IMG/VR virus record: IMGVR_UViG_3300042402_003952
DNA length: 64,000 nt
Source of the DNA: a virus
Taxonomy: Duplodnaviria > Caudoviricetes
Reading direction: 5' to 3' (one strand)
Shown here: positions 28,335 through 37,039 of the stretch, piece after piece
Layout of the letters: each line of letters opens with the position of its first letter
Position numbering within the stretch: position 1 is the first letter of the stretch
Notes under the pieces: model-generated
What the model was told of the DNA's origin: nothing
Database searches by the model: none
Seen by the model: only the letters and a program-made list of their open reading frames with translations
Program-made: the position numbers and the translations under genes

Positions 28335-30628
28335 GCAACGGAACAAAAGTTAAAAAACGTGATGGTCGAATTGAGTCTCTCGACCTGGATAAGATGCATC
28401 TGATGGTTGAAGAGGCATGTAAAAGTCTTTCAGGTGTCTCTGCTAGTCAAGTTGAAATGACTTCTGGTATTCAATTTTATGATGGAATTACTACAGGAGA
28501 AATTCAGGAAATTCTGATTCGTTCTGCTTCGGATTTGATTGATCTAGACCACCCAAACTACCAATATGTTGCAGCAAGGTTACTTCTGTTTGCTGTCCGT
28601 AAACAACTTTATGGTAAGATGAAAGAACTTCCATCTCTTGAGCAGCACATTTACAACTGCGTAAATCAAGAGGTATACGATAATGATATCTTTAACAAAT
28701 ATTCGCAGGAAGATATTGCTCGTGCGGAGTCTTTTATTGATCATGATCGTGACTATTTGTTTACATATGCTGGTCTTCGCCAAGTAGTAGACAAATATCT
28801 TGTTCAGGATCGTAGTAATGGTGGTGTATATGAAACACCACAGTTTATGTACATGATGATTGCTCTGACTATCTTTGCAGAGTATCCAAAAGAAACCCGT
28901 ATGTCATATGTCAAGAGGTATTATGACGCAATCTCCAAACACAAAATCAACATCCCAACACCAATCATGGCGGGAGTGCGAACTCCGCTTAGACAATTTG
29001 CTAGCTGTGTGCTTGTTGACGTTGATGACACCCTCGATAGTATCTTTAGTAGTGATATGGCTATTGGCAGATACGTTGCACAGAGGGCGGGAATCGGCAT
29101 CAACGCTGGTCGAATCCGTGGTATCAACAGCAAAATTAGAGGTGGAGAAGTTCAACACACGGGTGTTGTACCATTTCTCAAGAAGTTTGAAGCAACTGTC
29201 CGATGCTGCACGCAAAATGGCATACGAGGTGGATCCGCGACAGTCCACTTCCCAATCTGGCACCAAGAAATAGAGGACATTCTGGTTCTCAAGAATAATA
29301 AAGGTACGGAGGACAATCGTGTTCGTAAACTTGATTACAGCATTCAGATCAGCAAACTCTTCTATGAGAGGTTCATTCAGGATGGTGAGATCACGCTTTT
29401 CTCCCCCCATGATGTACCTGGACTTTATGATAGCTTTGGACTCCCTGAATTTGATGAACTCTACTGTTCATATGAAAAAGATCCGACCATTAAGAAAAAG
29501 ACTATTAAGGCACAGGAACTCATTCTTAATCTTCTCAAAGAACGTGCAGAAACGGGTCGTATCTATATTATGAATATTGACCACTGTAATTCTCACTCAT
29601 CCTTTAAGGACAAAGTGAACATGTCAAATCTTTGTCAGGAAATTACTCTTCCCACAGACCCTCTTCAGCATATTGACGATACGATGGGGGAGATTGCTCT
29701 CTGCATTCTCTCTGCTATTAACGTCGGTAAAGTGAAATCTGATGAGGAACTTGAAGAACTTTGTGATCTTTCAGTTCGTGGTTTGGATGAGTTGATTGAT
29801 TATCAGAAATACCCCGTAGTGGCGGCAGAAATCGCCACCAAGGCGCGTCGTTCTCTTGGTATAGGGTTTATTGGTCTTGCACACTATTTGGCAAAACTTG
29901 GGTTCAATTACGACTCCCAAGAAGCATGGGATGCAGTTCATGGTCTTTCTGAATCTTTCCAATATTATCTTCTGAAAGCATCCAATCAACTTGCCAAAGA
30001 GAAGGGATATTGTGAATATTTTGGACGCACAAAGTATGCTGATGGTATTCTTCCTATTGATACGTACAAAAAAGATGTAGACGAAATTTCGCCCATTAAC
30101 CTTCAACATGATTGGGAAACTCTTAGGTCATCTATCTTGGAACACGGTCTCAGGCACTCAACATTGTCCGCACAGATGCCATCGGAGAGCAGTTCCGTTG
30201 TGTCAAATGCAACCAATGGAATCGAACCTCCTCGTGGATTCTTGTCCGTTAAGAAGAGTAAAAAGGGACCGCTCAAACAGATTGTTCCGCAGTATCATAC
30301 CCTTAAGAACACTTATACGCTTCTTTGGGATATGCCTAGCAATCGTGGTTATATTAACATTGTTGCTGTGATGCAAAAATTCTTTGACCAGGCAATCTCT
30401 GGAAATTGGTCATACAACCCAGAAAACTACAAAGATAATGAAGTTCCTGTGTCAGTAATGGCGAATGACTTTTTGACTACATACAAGATGGGATGGAAAA
30501 CTTCATACTACCAAAACACTTACGATATTAAGACTGATGAGGTAGTAGAAGAGAAACCCAATCTTCAAGATTTGCTAAGTGAGTTAAGTTCAGCAGAGGA
30601 GGGGGAGTGTGAATCCTGCGCAGTTTGA
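28331..30628 (+). CDS. nrdA: Ribonucleotide reductase class Ia alpha subunit
   Basis: ATP cone VKKRDG, QFASCV, MSNLCQEI, AQMPSESSS, C-terminal CESC. Confidence 0.98.
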   Translation: MSNGTKVKKRDGRIESLDLDKMHLMVEEACKSLSGVSASQVEMTSGIQFYDGITTGEIQEILIRSASDLIDLDHPNYQYVAARLLLFAVRKQLYGKMKELPSLEQHIYNCVNQEVYDNDIFNKYSQEDIARAESFIDHDRDYLFTYAGLRQVVDKYLVQDRSNGGVYETPQFMYMMIALTIFAEYPKETRMSYVKRYYDAISKHKINIPTPIMAGVRTPLRQFASCVLVDVDDTLDSIFSSDMAIGRYVAQRAGIGINAGRIRGINSKIRGGEVQHTGVVPFLKKFEATVRCCTQNGIRGGSATVHFPIWHQEIEDILVLKNNKGTEDNRVRKLDYSIQISKLFYERFIQDGEITLFSPHDVPGLYDSFGLPEFDELYCSYEKDPTIKKKTIKAQELILNLLKERAETGRIYIMNIDHCNSHSSFKDKVNMSNLCQEITLPTDPLQHIDDTMGEIALCILSAINVGKVKSDEELEELCDLSVRGLDELIDYQKYPVVAAEIATKARRSLGIGFIGLAHYLAKLGFNYDSQEAWDAVHGLSESFQYYLLKASNQLAKEKGYCEYFGRTKYADGILPIDTYKKDVDEISPINLQHDWETLRSSILEHGLRHSTLSAQMPSESSSVVSNATNGIEPPRGFLSVKKSKKGPLKQIVPQYHTLKNTYTLLWDMPSNRGYINIVAVMQKFFDQAISGNWSYNPENYKDNEVPVSVMANDFLTTYKMGWKTSYYQNTYDIKTDEVVEEKPNLQDLLSELSSAEEGECESCAV

Positions 30629-31802
30629 TTTTAAAACTTCTTCAATAGAAGAAACCACCAATATTAAAGGAATGACAGTTTTTAACACCGAAAAAGTTGA
30701 TACCAAAAAGCAACCTATGTTTTTTGGAAAACCTCTTGGAGTTCAGAGATACGATTCATACAAATATCCTATATTCGATAAACTAACTACTCAGCAACTT
30801 GGATACTTCTGGAGACCCGAAGAGGTCTCCCTCCAGAAGGATCGTGGCGATTATCAAACTCTTCGTCCTGAACAAAAGCATATCTATACTTCTAATCTGA
30901 AGTATCAGATCATGCTTGATAGTGTTCAGGGTCGTGGTCCTGGTATGGCATTTATTCCATATTGTTCACTTCCTGAATTGGAAGCATGTATGGAAGTATG
31001 GGGATTTATGGAGATGATCCATAGTCGCTCATACACTTATATTATTAAAAACATCTATTCCGATCCTTCTGAGGTATTTGATACTATCATTGGCGATGAG
31101 CGTATTCTGGAACGTGCTAAGAGCGTTACAGAGTCATATGATGATTTTATTCAATCAGCACAGCAATATGGTGTATCTGACGCTTGGATGCACAATCTTG
31201 AAGGAGTTTCATACGCAAAGGAAACAATCAACGATGTTAAACGAAAACTGTACAGAGCAGTCGCAAACGTTAATATTCTTGAAGGTATTCGCTTTTACGT
31301 TAGTTTTGCTTGTAGTTTCGCCTTTGGTGAACTTAAGATTATGGAAGGATCCGCTAAAATCATCTCTCTTATTGCAAGAGACGAAAATCAACACTTAGCA
31401 CTTACTCAGAATATTCTGAATAAGTGGAGAGAGGGTGATGATCCAGAAATGCAAAAGATTATGAAGGAAGAAGAAGAGTGGACTTATAAAATGTTTGATC
31501 GTGCTGTAAATGAAGAAAAGAAATGGGCAGATTATCTGTTCAAAGATGGCAGCATGATTGGACTTAATGACAAATTACTACAACAATATGTTGAGTGGAT
31601 TGCAAACCGTAGACTAAAGGCAATTGGACTTAAACCCCAATATGATATTGCGGCAAACAATAATCCACTTCCATGGACTCAGCACTGGATTTCCTCCAAA
31701 GGACTTCAAGTGGCACCACAGGAAACAGAAGTCGAAAGTTATGTCGTAGGAGGCATTAAGCAAGATGTTACCAAAAATACTTTTGCAGGATTCCAACTAT
31801 GA
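30609..31802 (+). CDS. nrdB: Ribonucleotide reductase class Ia beta subunit
   Basis: FWRPEEV, EMIHSRSY, LEGIRFY, RDENQH, VAPQETE. Confidence 0.97.
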   Translation: MNPAQFDFKTSSIEETTNIKGMTVFNTEKVDTKKQPMFFGKPLGVQRYDSYKYPIFDKLTTQQLGYFWRPEEVSLQKDRGDYQTLRPEQKHIYTSNLKYQIMLDSVQGRGPGMAFIPYCSLPELEACMEVWGFMEMIHSRSYTYIIKNIYSDPSEVFDTIIGDERILERAKSVTESYDDFIQSAQQYGVSDAWMHNLEGVSYAKETINDVKRKLYRAVANVNILEGIRFYVSFACSFAFGELKIMEGSAKIISLIARDENQHLALTQNILNKWREGDDPEMQKIMKEEEEWTYKMFDRAVNEEKKWADYLFKDGSMIGLNDKLLQQYVEWIANRRLKAIGLKPQYDIAANNNPLPWTQHWISSKGLQVAPQETEVESYVVGGIKQDVTKNTFAGFQL

Positions 31803-31914
31803 TGAATGGTGCGAACAAGAAATCATAAATGCATATAGAGATGCAGCGGAGTGTGATGAGTTTATGTTTGGAGATTATGATTATTGTAAAGAATGGTTAG
31901 GTGCAAATGACTAA
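31765..31914 (+). CDS. 49-aa acidic hypothetical protein
   Basis: Hand translation MLPKILLQDSNYDEWCEQEIINAY... Confidence 0.45.
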   Translation: MLPKILLQDSNYDEWCEQEIINAYRDAAECDEFMFGDYDYCKEWLGAND

Positions 31915-31952
31915 TCACACATAGATAGAGGAGGTTACGCCTCCTCTTTTTT

Positions 31953-32114
31953 ATGCCTAAAAATCAACTGAATAAAGACGAATTGAAAGTTCGTGTTTTA
32001 AAACTAAAAGATAAACTTCATAAAGATCATATTAGACCTGAAATGGATATGAAAGGACTTGCTCATAAATATCTGAATGAAGTTCTTGATATAATAGATG
32101 AGTACAGATATTGA
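31953..32114 (+). CDS. 53-aa hypothetical protein
   Basis: Hand translation MPKNQLNKDELKVRVLKLK...LDIIDEYRY. Confidence 0.55.
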   Translation: MPKNQLNKDELKVRVLKLKDKLHKDHIRPEMDMKGLAHKYLNEVLDIIDEYRY

Positions 32115-32541
32115 CTATGAAAATCCTTGGATTTATAATGGAGTGCCTTTTACTTCCTCTAATATTCAAGATTATTTTGGTTTTGTTTATCTTATCCAGA
32201 ATAATCTTACTGGCAAAAAATATATTGGAAGAAAATATCTTTGGCAGTTCCGTACTCCAAAGGGTAAAAAAAGAAAAGTAAAATCAGAATCAAATTGGAA
32301 GGAATACTATGGGTCTTGTCCGGAACTTAAAGAAGACATTGACAAATTGGGCAGAGAAAATTTTAGTCGAACTATCTTATCATTACATAAAACAAAGGGC
32401 AAAACAAACTTTGGAGAGACCAGCCAACTTTTCAAAAACGATGTCCTCACGGAGTCCCTTGACGACGGAGAACCCGCCTTCTATAATAGCAACATCCTTG
32501 GAAGGTTTTACCGAAAAGACTATTATGACCGCAACGACTGA
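32098..32541 (+). CDS. GIY-YIG nuclease-family protein
   Basis: GFVYLIQN..KKYIGRK, YYGS, FYN.NI. Confidence 0.8.
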   Translation: MSTDIDYENPWIYNGVPFTSSNIQDYFGFVYLIQNNLTGKKYIGRKYLWQFRTPKGKKRKVKSESNWKEYYGSCPELKEDIDKLGRENFSRTILSLHKTKGKTNFGETSQLFKNDVLTESLDDGEPAFYNSNILGRFYRKDYYDRND

Positions 32542-32698
32542 AGATATCGTGGCGCATGTGAGAACTTGGTCTCTTGATCGTGCTGCTGATATGAGTATTC
32601 ATAAAGAGGATGCCCGCGCAATTCTTGCTGAGTTCTATGAGTGGATTGAACCAGAAAGTGATGAACTGGAAATTGTCTCTCTAGAACCAGAAGATTGA
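32525..32698 (+). CDS. 57-aa hypothetical protein
   Basis: MTATTEDIVAHVRTWS...; overlaps previous stop. Confidence 0.55.
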   Translation: MTATTEDIVAHVRTWSLDRAADMSIHKEDARAILAEFYEWIEPESDELEIVSLEPED

Positions 32699-32723
32699 CA
32701 ATCCATAAATACTCACTTATAAT
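32695..32723 (+). promoter_or_regulatory. Sigma70-type early promoter
   Basis: TTGACA-17-TATAAT; similar 17-nt-spaced boxes near 36498, 38878, 39803, 52031, 54912, 58607. Confidence 0.8.
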
Positions 32724-32778
32724 GTTAAGATTCACAACTATGTGAATCTTTTTTATTATGAGACTTTGATTTTAATTT

Positions 32779-32840
32779 AGAGCCGTGGAAGATGCCCTTT
32801 GAGAAAAGGGTGGACCCCTCTTCTATACGGATGTAGAGTT
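32779..32840 (+). ncRNA. Candidate structured leader RNA upstream of rlpA-like gene
   Basis: Nested pairs CCGU/ACGG, GGAAGA/UCUUCU, GCCCUUU-GAGA-AAAGGGU. Confidence 0.5.
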
Positions 32841-32852
32841 CTATTAATTTTA

Positions 32853-33215
32853 ATGCTTTTTAAAACACTTTCGATTTTAGCCCTTGCCACTGCAGGACTA
32901 GCACCCCTTCAAGCAAAGGCAGCGAGCGGATGTTCACTCGCATCACACTATGGAGTTGGTGATGGGTATCACGGGCAGATAACTGCCAATGGAGAAAGAT
33001 ACAATGCTTATGGAAATTCGGTAGCACATAAAACACTTCCCTTTGGAACTAGATTGCGCGTAACCAATCAATCAAATGGAAGATCAGTAATTGTGCGTGT
33101 AAATGATCGCGGTCCTTATATCGCGGGTAGAGACCTTGACTTGTCTTATGGTGCATTCTCTACTATTGCTTCACCTAGTCAAGGTGTAGCTAGAATTTGC
33201 TACTCGCGTGTATGA
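32853..33215 (+). CDS. rlpA: RlpA-like double-psi beta-barrel (septal lytic transglycosylase-like) protein with signal peptide
   Basis: ASHYG...TANGERYN...AHKTLPFGT...VRVNDRGP...RDLDLS. Confidence 0.9.
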   Translation: MLFKTLSILALATAGLAPLQAKAASGCSLASHYGVGDGYHGQITANGERYNAYGNSVAHKTLPFGTRLRVTNQSNGRSVIVRVNDRGPYIAGRDLDLSYGAFSTIASPSQGVARICYSRV

Positions 33216-33270
33216 TTGAATGAAAACCGAATAATAAATAGAGGGGAGCGGTTGCTACTCCTCTTTTTTT

Positions 33271-33675
33271 ATGTTTAATTTTAACTTCGGAAAGAAGAAA
33301 TCAGACAAGAAGCAGATAATCCTCATAAGCGTAATACTCAGTGGTATCGTAGCAACCCTCTCACAATGCTCTGGAGTCTCCTCAGAGCGTCTCTGGGACC
33401 TTCTAGACGAGGTACAGAGGTCTCTGTTCCCTCAGACCATAATCAACGATGTTTTGCTCCAAGATCCTGGTGTGGTGGAGAGGAGAGTCGAAAGAGATGT
33501 AGATAAAGCAATCAGAGAATATGAACGCTTGACAAGACACTCAGAACCACCTAGAGTACCTTTGCCCAGGTTGATAAAGAAATCTCTAGATAATTCTAAG
33601 TGTTATAGTAAAGAATGTAAGTCTTTAGGTGGAGAAATAAGACTTTGTGCTCCTTGGAAAGAGGATTGTGTTTAA
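33271..33675 (+). CDS. Hypothetical membrane-anchored protein
   Basis: N-terminal hydrophobic helix; Cys-rich C-terminus. Confidence 0.6.
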   Translation: MFNFNFGKKKSDKKQIILISVILSGIVATLSQCSGVSSERLWDLLDEVQRSLFPQTIINDVLLQDPGVVERRVERDVDKAIREYERLTRHSEPPRVPLPRLIKKSLDNSKCYSKECKSLGGEIRLCAPWKEDCV

Positions 33676-33717
33676 AATGTATAAATAACTTATCCTTATA
33701 TTTACTTAAAGGTTATT

Positions 33718-33906
33718 ATGTCAGTATCACAAGAACTCTTAAATGCTGTTGAAGTGTGGAAAGTAGAAGATGAAAAATTTACTACAGGAAACAATTCTGC
33801 AGGAACTCGCGCTCGTAAAGCACTTCAAGAAATTGCTAAATTAGTTAAATCCCGTAGAGCAGAAATTGCAGAGGAAAAAAATTCCCGTAAAGAAGCAAAG
33901 GGTTGA
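33718..33906 (+). CDS. Histone H1-like (Hc1-type) small DNA-binding protein
   Basis: KFTTGNNSAGTRARKALQEIAKLVKSRR; TATAAATA upstream. Confidence 0.7.
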   Translation: MSVSQELLNAVEVWKVEDEKFTTGNNSAGTRARKALQEIAKLVKSRRAEIAEEKNSRKEAKG

Positions 33907-33954
33907 AAATTTATAAGAAAACTCTTATAAATAAACATACTTAGGTCGAAAACA

Positions 33955-34056
33955 ATGTCTTATCCAATGCCCACCAAACAGTTTAGTATTCTCGATTGCC
34001 GCTATTGGCATATTGAGGGTGCTCCCCTGTTTGCGGATATGGAAAGACATATGTAA
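33955..34056 (+). CDS. 33-aa hypothetical late ORF
   Basis: Hand translation MSYPMPTKQFSILDCRYWHIEGAPLFADMERHM; TATAAATA upstream. Confidence 0.4.
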   Translation: MSYPMPTKQFSILDCRYWHIEGAPLFADMERHM

Positions 34057-34325
34057 GATGTAATCCATAAAGCAAAATACAGGGGAGAGAAACCAAAAGT
34101 TTCCTCCCTTTTTTTATGCTTTGTGCCACTTGTTCAACTGGTCGTATCATTTGCCATTGGGGTCCAAACCCTGGTATATTACTTGAGTTGGTGGGGGAAC
34201 GAGACCCCAAGTGCCTAGGACCACTTCTGGAACTGGCACAAACCACTTGATTCCCAACGGGTTCTGTGGTATTCTTAAGGAGTGGTTGAGAGACCACCAG
34301 CACCTTGACAATCTAAACCTTTAAT

Positions 34326-34398
34326 GGGTCTGTTGCATAGCGGCTAATGCACCTGGCTTTTAACCAGTATATCGTGGGTTCGAGTCCCACCAGACCCA
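34326..34398 (+). tRNA. tRNA-Lys(UUU)
   Basis: Cloverleaf, loop CU-UUU-AA, GGUUCGAGUCC T arm. Confidence 0.92.
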
Positions 34399-34436
34399 TT
34401 GACCGCTACAGTTCGGTCATTAAACATAAACTGTTC

Positions 34437-34520
34437 GGGTAGGTGTCCGAGTGGTTAATGGAGGAGGTCTGTAAAACCTCTGGCTCTGCCTACGGGGGTT
34501 CAAATCCCTCCCTGCCCACC
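34437..34520 (+). tRNA. tRNA-Tyr(GUA)
   Basis: GAGGU-CUGUAAA-ACCUC, long variable arm. Confidence 0.92.
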
Positions 34521-34522
34521 TT

Positions 34523-34596
34523 GACCCATTAGTGTAGCGGTTTATCACGCCACCCTGTCACGGTGGAGATCACGGGTTCAAATCCCGTATGGGTCG
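34523..34596 (+). tRNA. tRNA-Asp(GUC)
   Basis: CCACC-CUGUCAC-GGUGG. Confidence 0.92.
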
Positions 34597-34644
34597 TTGC
34601 TACGCTGCCTGTGGAGTATTCCTCCTTGGTGGTTGTAGCATCAT

Positions 34645-34719
34645 GGTCCTATCGTCTAGTGGTGAGGACATCACTCTTTCACAGTGAAGACACGGGTTCA
34701 AATCCCGTTAGGACTACCA
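34645..34719 (+). tRNA. tRNA-Glu(UUC)
   Basis: UCACU-CUUUCAC-AGUGA; encoded CCA. Confidence 0.92.
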
Positions 34720-34796
34720 CGGAATGTAGCGCAGTTTGGTAGCGCATCTGTTTTGGGAACAGAGGGTCGCAGGTTCGAATCCTGTCATTCCGACCA
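34720..34796 (+). tRNA. tRNA-Pro(UGG)
   Basis: UCUGU-UUUGGGA-ACAGA; encoded CCA. Confidence 0.92.
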
Positions 34797-34869
34797 GGAA
34801 ACATAGCTTAGTTGGTAAAGCATTCGACTGATAATCGAAAGAGCACTGGTTCGAGTCCAGTTGTTTCCA
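34797..34869 (+). tRNA. tRNA-Ile(GAU)
   Basis: UUCGA-CUGAUAA-UCGAA. Confidence 0.92.
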
Positions 34870-34892
34870 TTGTTGCCTTAAGGCAACATTAA

Positions 34893-34982
34893 GGAAGTGT
34901 GGCAGAGAGGTCTAATGCAGTGGATTGCTAATCCGCCGATGTTCTTTAAGGGCATCCGTTGGTTCGAATCCAACCACTTCCG
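34893..34982 (+). tRNA. tRNA-Ser(GCU)
   Basis: GUGGA-UUGCUAA-UCCGC, long variable arm, G73. Confidence 0.92.
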
Positions 34983-35069
34983 TAGGACTCCAGCAAGGTG
35001 CTTGCTAGGATATAAAAGACTGACGCCTCCCTCTTCAGAAAGAGTAACCAGCAGGTCAGCGTCCACTTT

Positions 35070-35141
35070 GGCAGTGTAGTTCAGTGGTAGAACAAGAGAT
35101 TCATACCCTCTATGTCGGTAGTTCAATTCTACCCACTGCCT
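35070..35141 (+). tRNA. tRNA with CAU anticodon (Met or Ile2)
   Basis: AGAGA-UUCAUAC-CCUCU (31:39 mismatch); GGCAGUG/CACUGCC acceptor. Confidence 0.8.
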
Positions 35142-35142
35142 T

Positions 35143-35215
35143 GTGTCGTTAGCCTAGTGGTTAAGGCAGTAGTTTGTGGAACTACCTAGATGGGTTCAAT
35201 TCCCATACGACACCC
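35143..35215 (+). tRNA. tRNA-His(GUG)
   Basis: GUAGU-UUGUGGA-ACUAC; G-1 and C73. Confidence 0.88.
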
Positions 35216-35216
35216 C

Positions 35217-35288
35217 GCCCTTATAGCTCAGTGGTAGAGCAACTCACTAGTAATGAGTAGGTCGTTGGTTCAAATCCGACTGAGGGCT
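35217..35288 (+). tRNA. tRNA-Thr(AGU), A34 anticodon
   Basis: ACUCA-CUAGUAA-UGAGU; canonical D and T arms. Confidence 0.88.
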
Positions 35289-35323
35289 CTCAACTATCTG
35301 AAATTTCCAGATAGTTCATACAA

Positions 35324-35395
35324 TCCAGAATCGACTAACTGGCAGGTCAGCACCCTTTGAAGGTGTACGTCTAGGTTCGAATCCTAGTTCTGGAA
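35324..35395 (+). tRNA. tRNA-Gln(UUG)
   Basis: GCACC-CUUUGAA-GGUGU; U1-A72. Confidence 0.9.
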
Positions 35396-35396
35396 T

Positions 35397-35590
35397 TGCC
35401 CCTAATGGGGCAACAATCTGTCCAACACTGGGGTTCGACTCCCCACATCTCCACTCTTGGGGATGAACTGGCATTCGACTGGGCAGAGGGTTCTGAGAAT
35501 AAATCTCAACAACATCGTATCTTTCCGCAGAACTGCTGTTGCCGTTTGAGCAATAGCACTTTGAGCGAACTGGGGAGTAATCCCTTTTTC
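35397..35590 (+). ncRNA. ssrA: Two-piece (circularly permuted) tmRNA: acceptor piece ~35397-35453, intervening 35454-35458, coding piece from 35459; tag ORF 35505-35549
   Basis: T arm GGGG-UUCGACU-CCCC; acceptor GGGGAUG/CAUCUCC-A with G3.U70; D loop AACUGGCAUUCGAC; P2 UGGGCAGA/UCUGUCCA; tag LNNIVSFRRTAVAV*. Confidence 0.9.
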
Positions 35591-35591
35591 T

Positions 35592-35666
35592 GTTGGGTTG
35601 GTGCAATTGGTAGCATCTCGGTCTCCAAAACCGAAGATCAGAGTTCAAGTCTCTGGCCCTTCGCCA
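35592..35666 (+). tRNA. tRNA-Trp(CCA), two U-U mismatches in acceptor stem
   Basis: UCGGU-CUCCAAA-ACCGA; encoded CCA. Confidence 0.82.
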
Positions 35667-35667
35667 T

Positions 35668-35744
35668 ACCCTCTTAACTCAGTGGACCAGAGTGCTTGGC
35701 TACGAACCAAGAAGTCGCAAGTTCGAATCTTGCAGAGGGTGCCA
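35668..35744 (+). tRNA. tRNA-Arg(ACG)
   Basis: CUUGG-CUACGAA-CCAAG; encoded CCA. Confidence 0.9.
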
Positions 35745-35781
35745 TTTAAATCTAAATAGCAACAAGAGGTGTGATAGGAAA

Positions 35782-36252
35782 ATGGAATTAGTAGAACCAC
35801 ACTCAACTATACTAGTTTTGAATAGTTCTTACGAGCCACTACACTTCACTAATTGGAAACGTGCAATAGTTTTACTTTTCAAACAGAAAGCAAAACTTAT
35901 CTCCAAGAGAATTATTCGTTTGGTGAATTATGTGAAAATTCCATTTTCCTATGGAAGATCAGATTACCCGACGAGAGCACTCATCTATAAACGGGATGAT
36001 TATGAGTGTCAGTATTGTGAGTCTAAAAATGACCTTACAATTGACCACATAATTCCCCGCTCAAAAGGTGGTAAAGATACTTGGGATAATTTAGTTGCTT
36101 GTTGCACATCTTGTAATCTCAAAAAAGGAAATAAACTTCTTAAAGAGACTAATATGATCTTAAAGAGTATTCCGCAAGCACCAATTAGTAGAGTAATACT
36201 TGATATTCAGAAAACAAAAGTTTCTGAATGGAAGGACTATTTGTTTCAGTGA
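35782..36252 (+). CDS. HNH endonuclease (McrA-like) inside tRNA array
   Basis: CQYC...TIDHIIPRSKGG..WDNLVACCTSCNLKKG. Confidence 0.88.
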   Translation: MELVEPHSTILVLNSSYEPLHFTNWKRAIVLLFKQKAKLISKRIIRLVNYVKIPFSYGRSDYPTRALIYKRDDYECQYCESKNDLTIDHIIPRSKGGKDTWDNLVACCTSCNLKKGNKLLKETNMILKSIPQAPISRVILDIQKTKVSEWKDYLFQ

Positions 36253-36347
36253 GAGATTGACAAATTTTTGAAAATACCCTAATATATAAAGACAGAGGTT
36301 AAGTCCCTGTTACATCCTTATGAGGTGTATCACACTTAATCCATCAT

Positions 36348-36422
36348 CGTGGGGAAGTGTAATGGTTGCACAGAAGTCTCATAAGCTTCAGGTAGGTGGT
36401 TCAACTCCATCCCCCGCCTCCA
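36348..36422 (+). tRNA. tRNA with CAU anticodon and unpaired C1 (initiator-like, atypical)
   Basis: GAAGU-CUCAUAA-GCUUC; C1:C72 mismatch; encoded CCA. Confidence 0.75.
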
Positions 36423-36495
36423 GCCCTTGTATTCCAATGGTAGAGAAGGTGGACTTAGAATCCATACAGTGTAAGTTCGAATCTTACCAGGGGCA
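36423..36495 (+). tRNA. tRNA-Leu(UAG), short variable arm
   Basis: GUGGA-CUUAGAA-UCCAU. Confidence 0.82.
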
Positions 36496-36535
36496 CTTGA
36501 CAATCAAACTTAAATAGTTTATAATTGTCTTATAA

Positions 36536-36607
36536 GCGGAGTTAGTTCAGCGGTAGAACGCTATCCTTCCAAGTTAGATGTCGTCGGTTCGATTCCGATA
36601 CTCCGCT
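36536..36607 (+). tRNA. tRNA-Gly(UCC)
   Basis: CUAUC-CUUCCAA-GUUAG; U73. Confidence 0.9.
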
Positions 36608-36659
36608 CTGAACCTTCGGGTTCTATAAACACACAAACACACTTCATAGGAGAATACTT

Positions 36660-36857
36660 ATGACGCCTTATCAACTTAGATTTGAAGTTTTTAAGCAAGC
36701 TTATGCGATGCTTTCGGATAATTATCATGTAGAGTTTGCAAAAGCAGAATGCTCTAATGGTGGCAAATTGCCGGATGGATTTGATTTAAAATATCCAACT
36801 CTTTCTGATGTTCTTGGGCACGCAGAAACGATTAATGATTTTGTAAGTTCTAAGTAA
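36660..36857 (+). CDS. Small hypothetical protein within tRNA array
   Basis: MTPYQLRFEVFKQA...YPT...AETINDFVS; SD AGGAG. Confidence 0.65.
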   Translation: MTPYQLRFEVFKQAYAMLSDNYHVEFAKAECSNGGKLPDGFDLKYPTLSDVLGHAETINDFVSSK

Positions 36858-36865
36858 TAGAACAT

Positions 36866-36937
36866 TCCCCTGTGGCGCAGCGGTAGCGCGAGAAACTGTT
36901 AATTTCCAGGTCACAAGTTCGAATCTTGTCGGGGGAG
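36866..36937 (+). tRNA. tRNA-Asn(GUU)
   Basis: AGAAA-CUGUUAA-UUUCC; G73. Confidence 0.9.
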
Positions 36938-36956
36938 TTGCTATCAGTAGCAAACT

Positions 36957-37036
36957 GTAGGTGCCAAATACCCCTTCTGGTTAATGCTGGAAGAAGTAAA
37001 GAGTGTGGACATAGGTAAAGTCCACAACACCTACCA
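36957..37036 (+). ncRNA. Candidate three-way-junction RNA
   Basis: GUAGGUG/CACCUAC encloses CUUCUGG/CUGGAAG and GUGGAC/GUCCAC hairpins. Confidence 0.5.
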
Positions 37037-37039
37037 CAA

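Noticed and set aside
12890-30628. Inteins in gp43, gp41 or nrdA
   Set aside because: Lengths are typical and no C/S...HN-C/S/T splice motifs interrupt conserved blocks
34878-35677. ORFs over the tRNA array (34878, 34897, 35316, 35396) and 33983..34303
   Set aside because: The first four overlap well-formed tRNA/tmRNA genes and 33983 is antisense to the promoter region; none has protein motifs
36957-37036. Hammerhead ribozyme
   Set aside because: Three stems are present but the CUGANGA and GAAA core is absent; kept only as an unknown RNA
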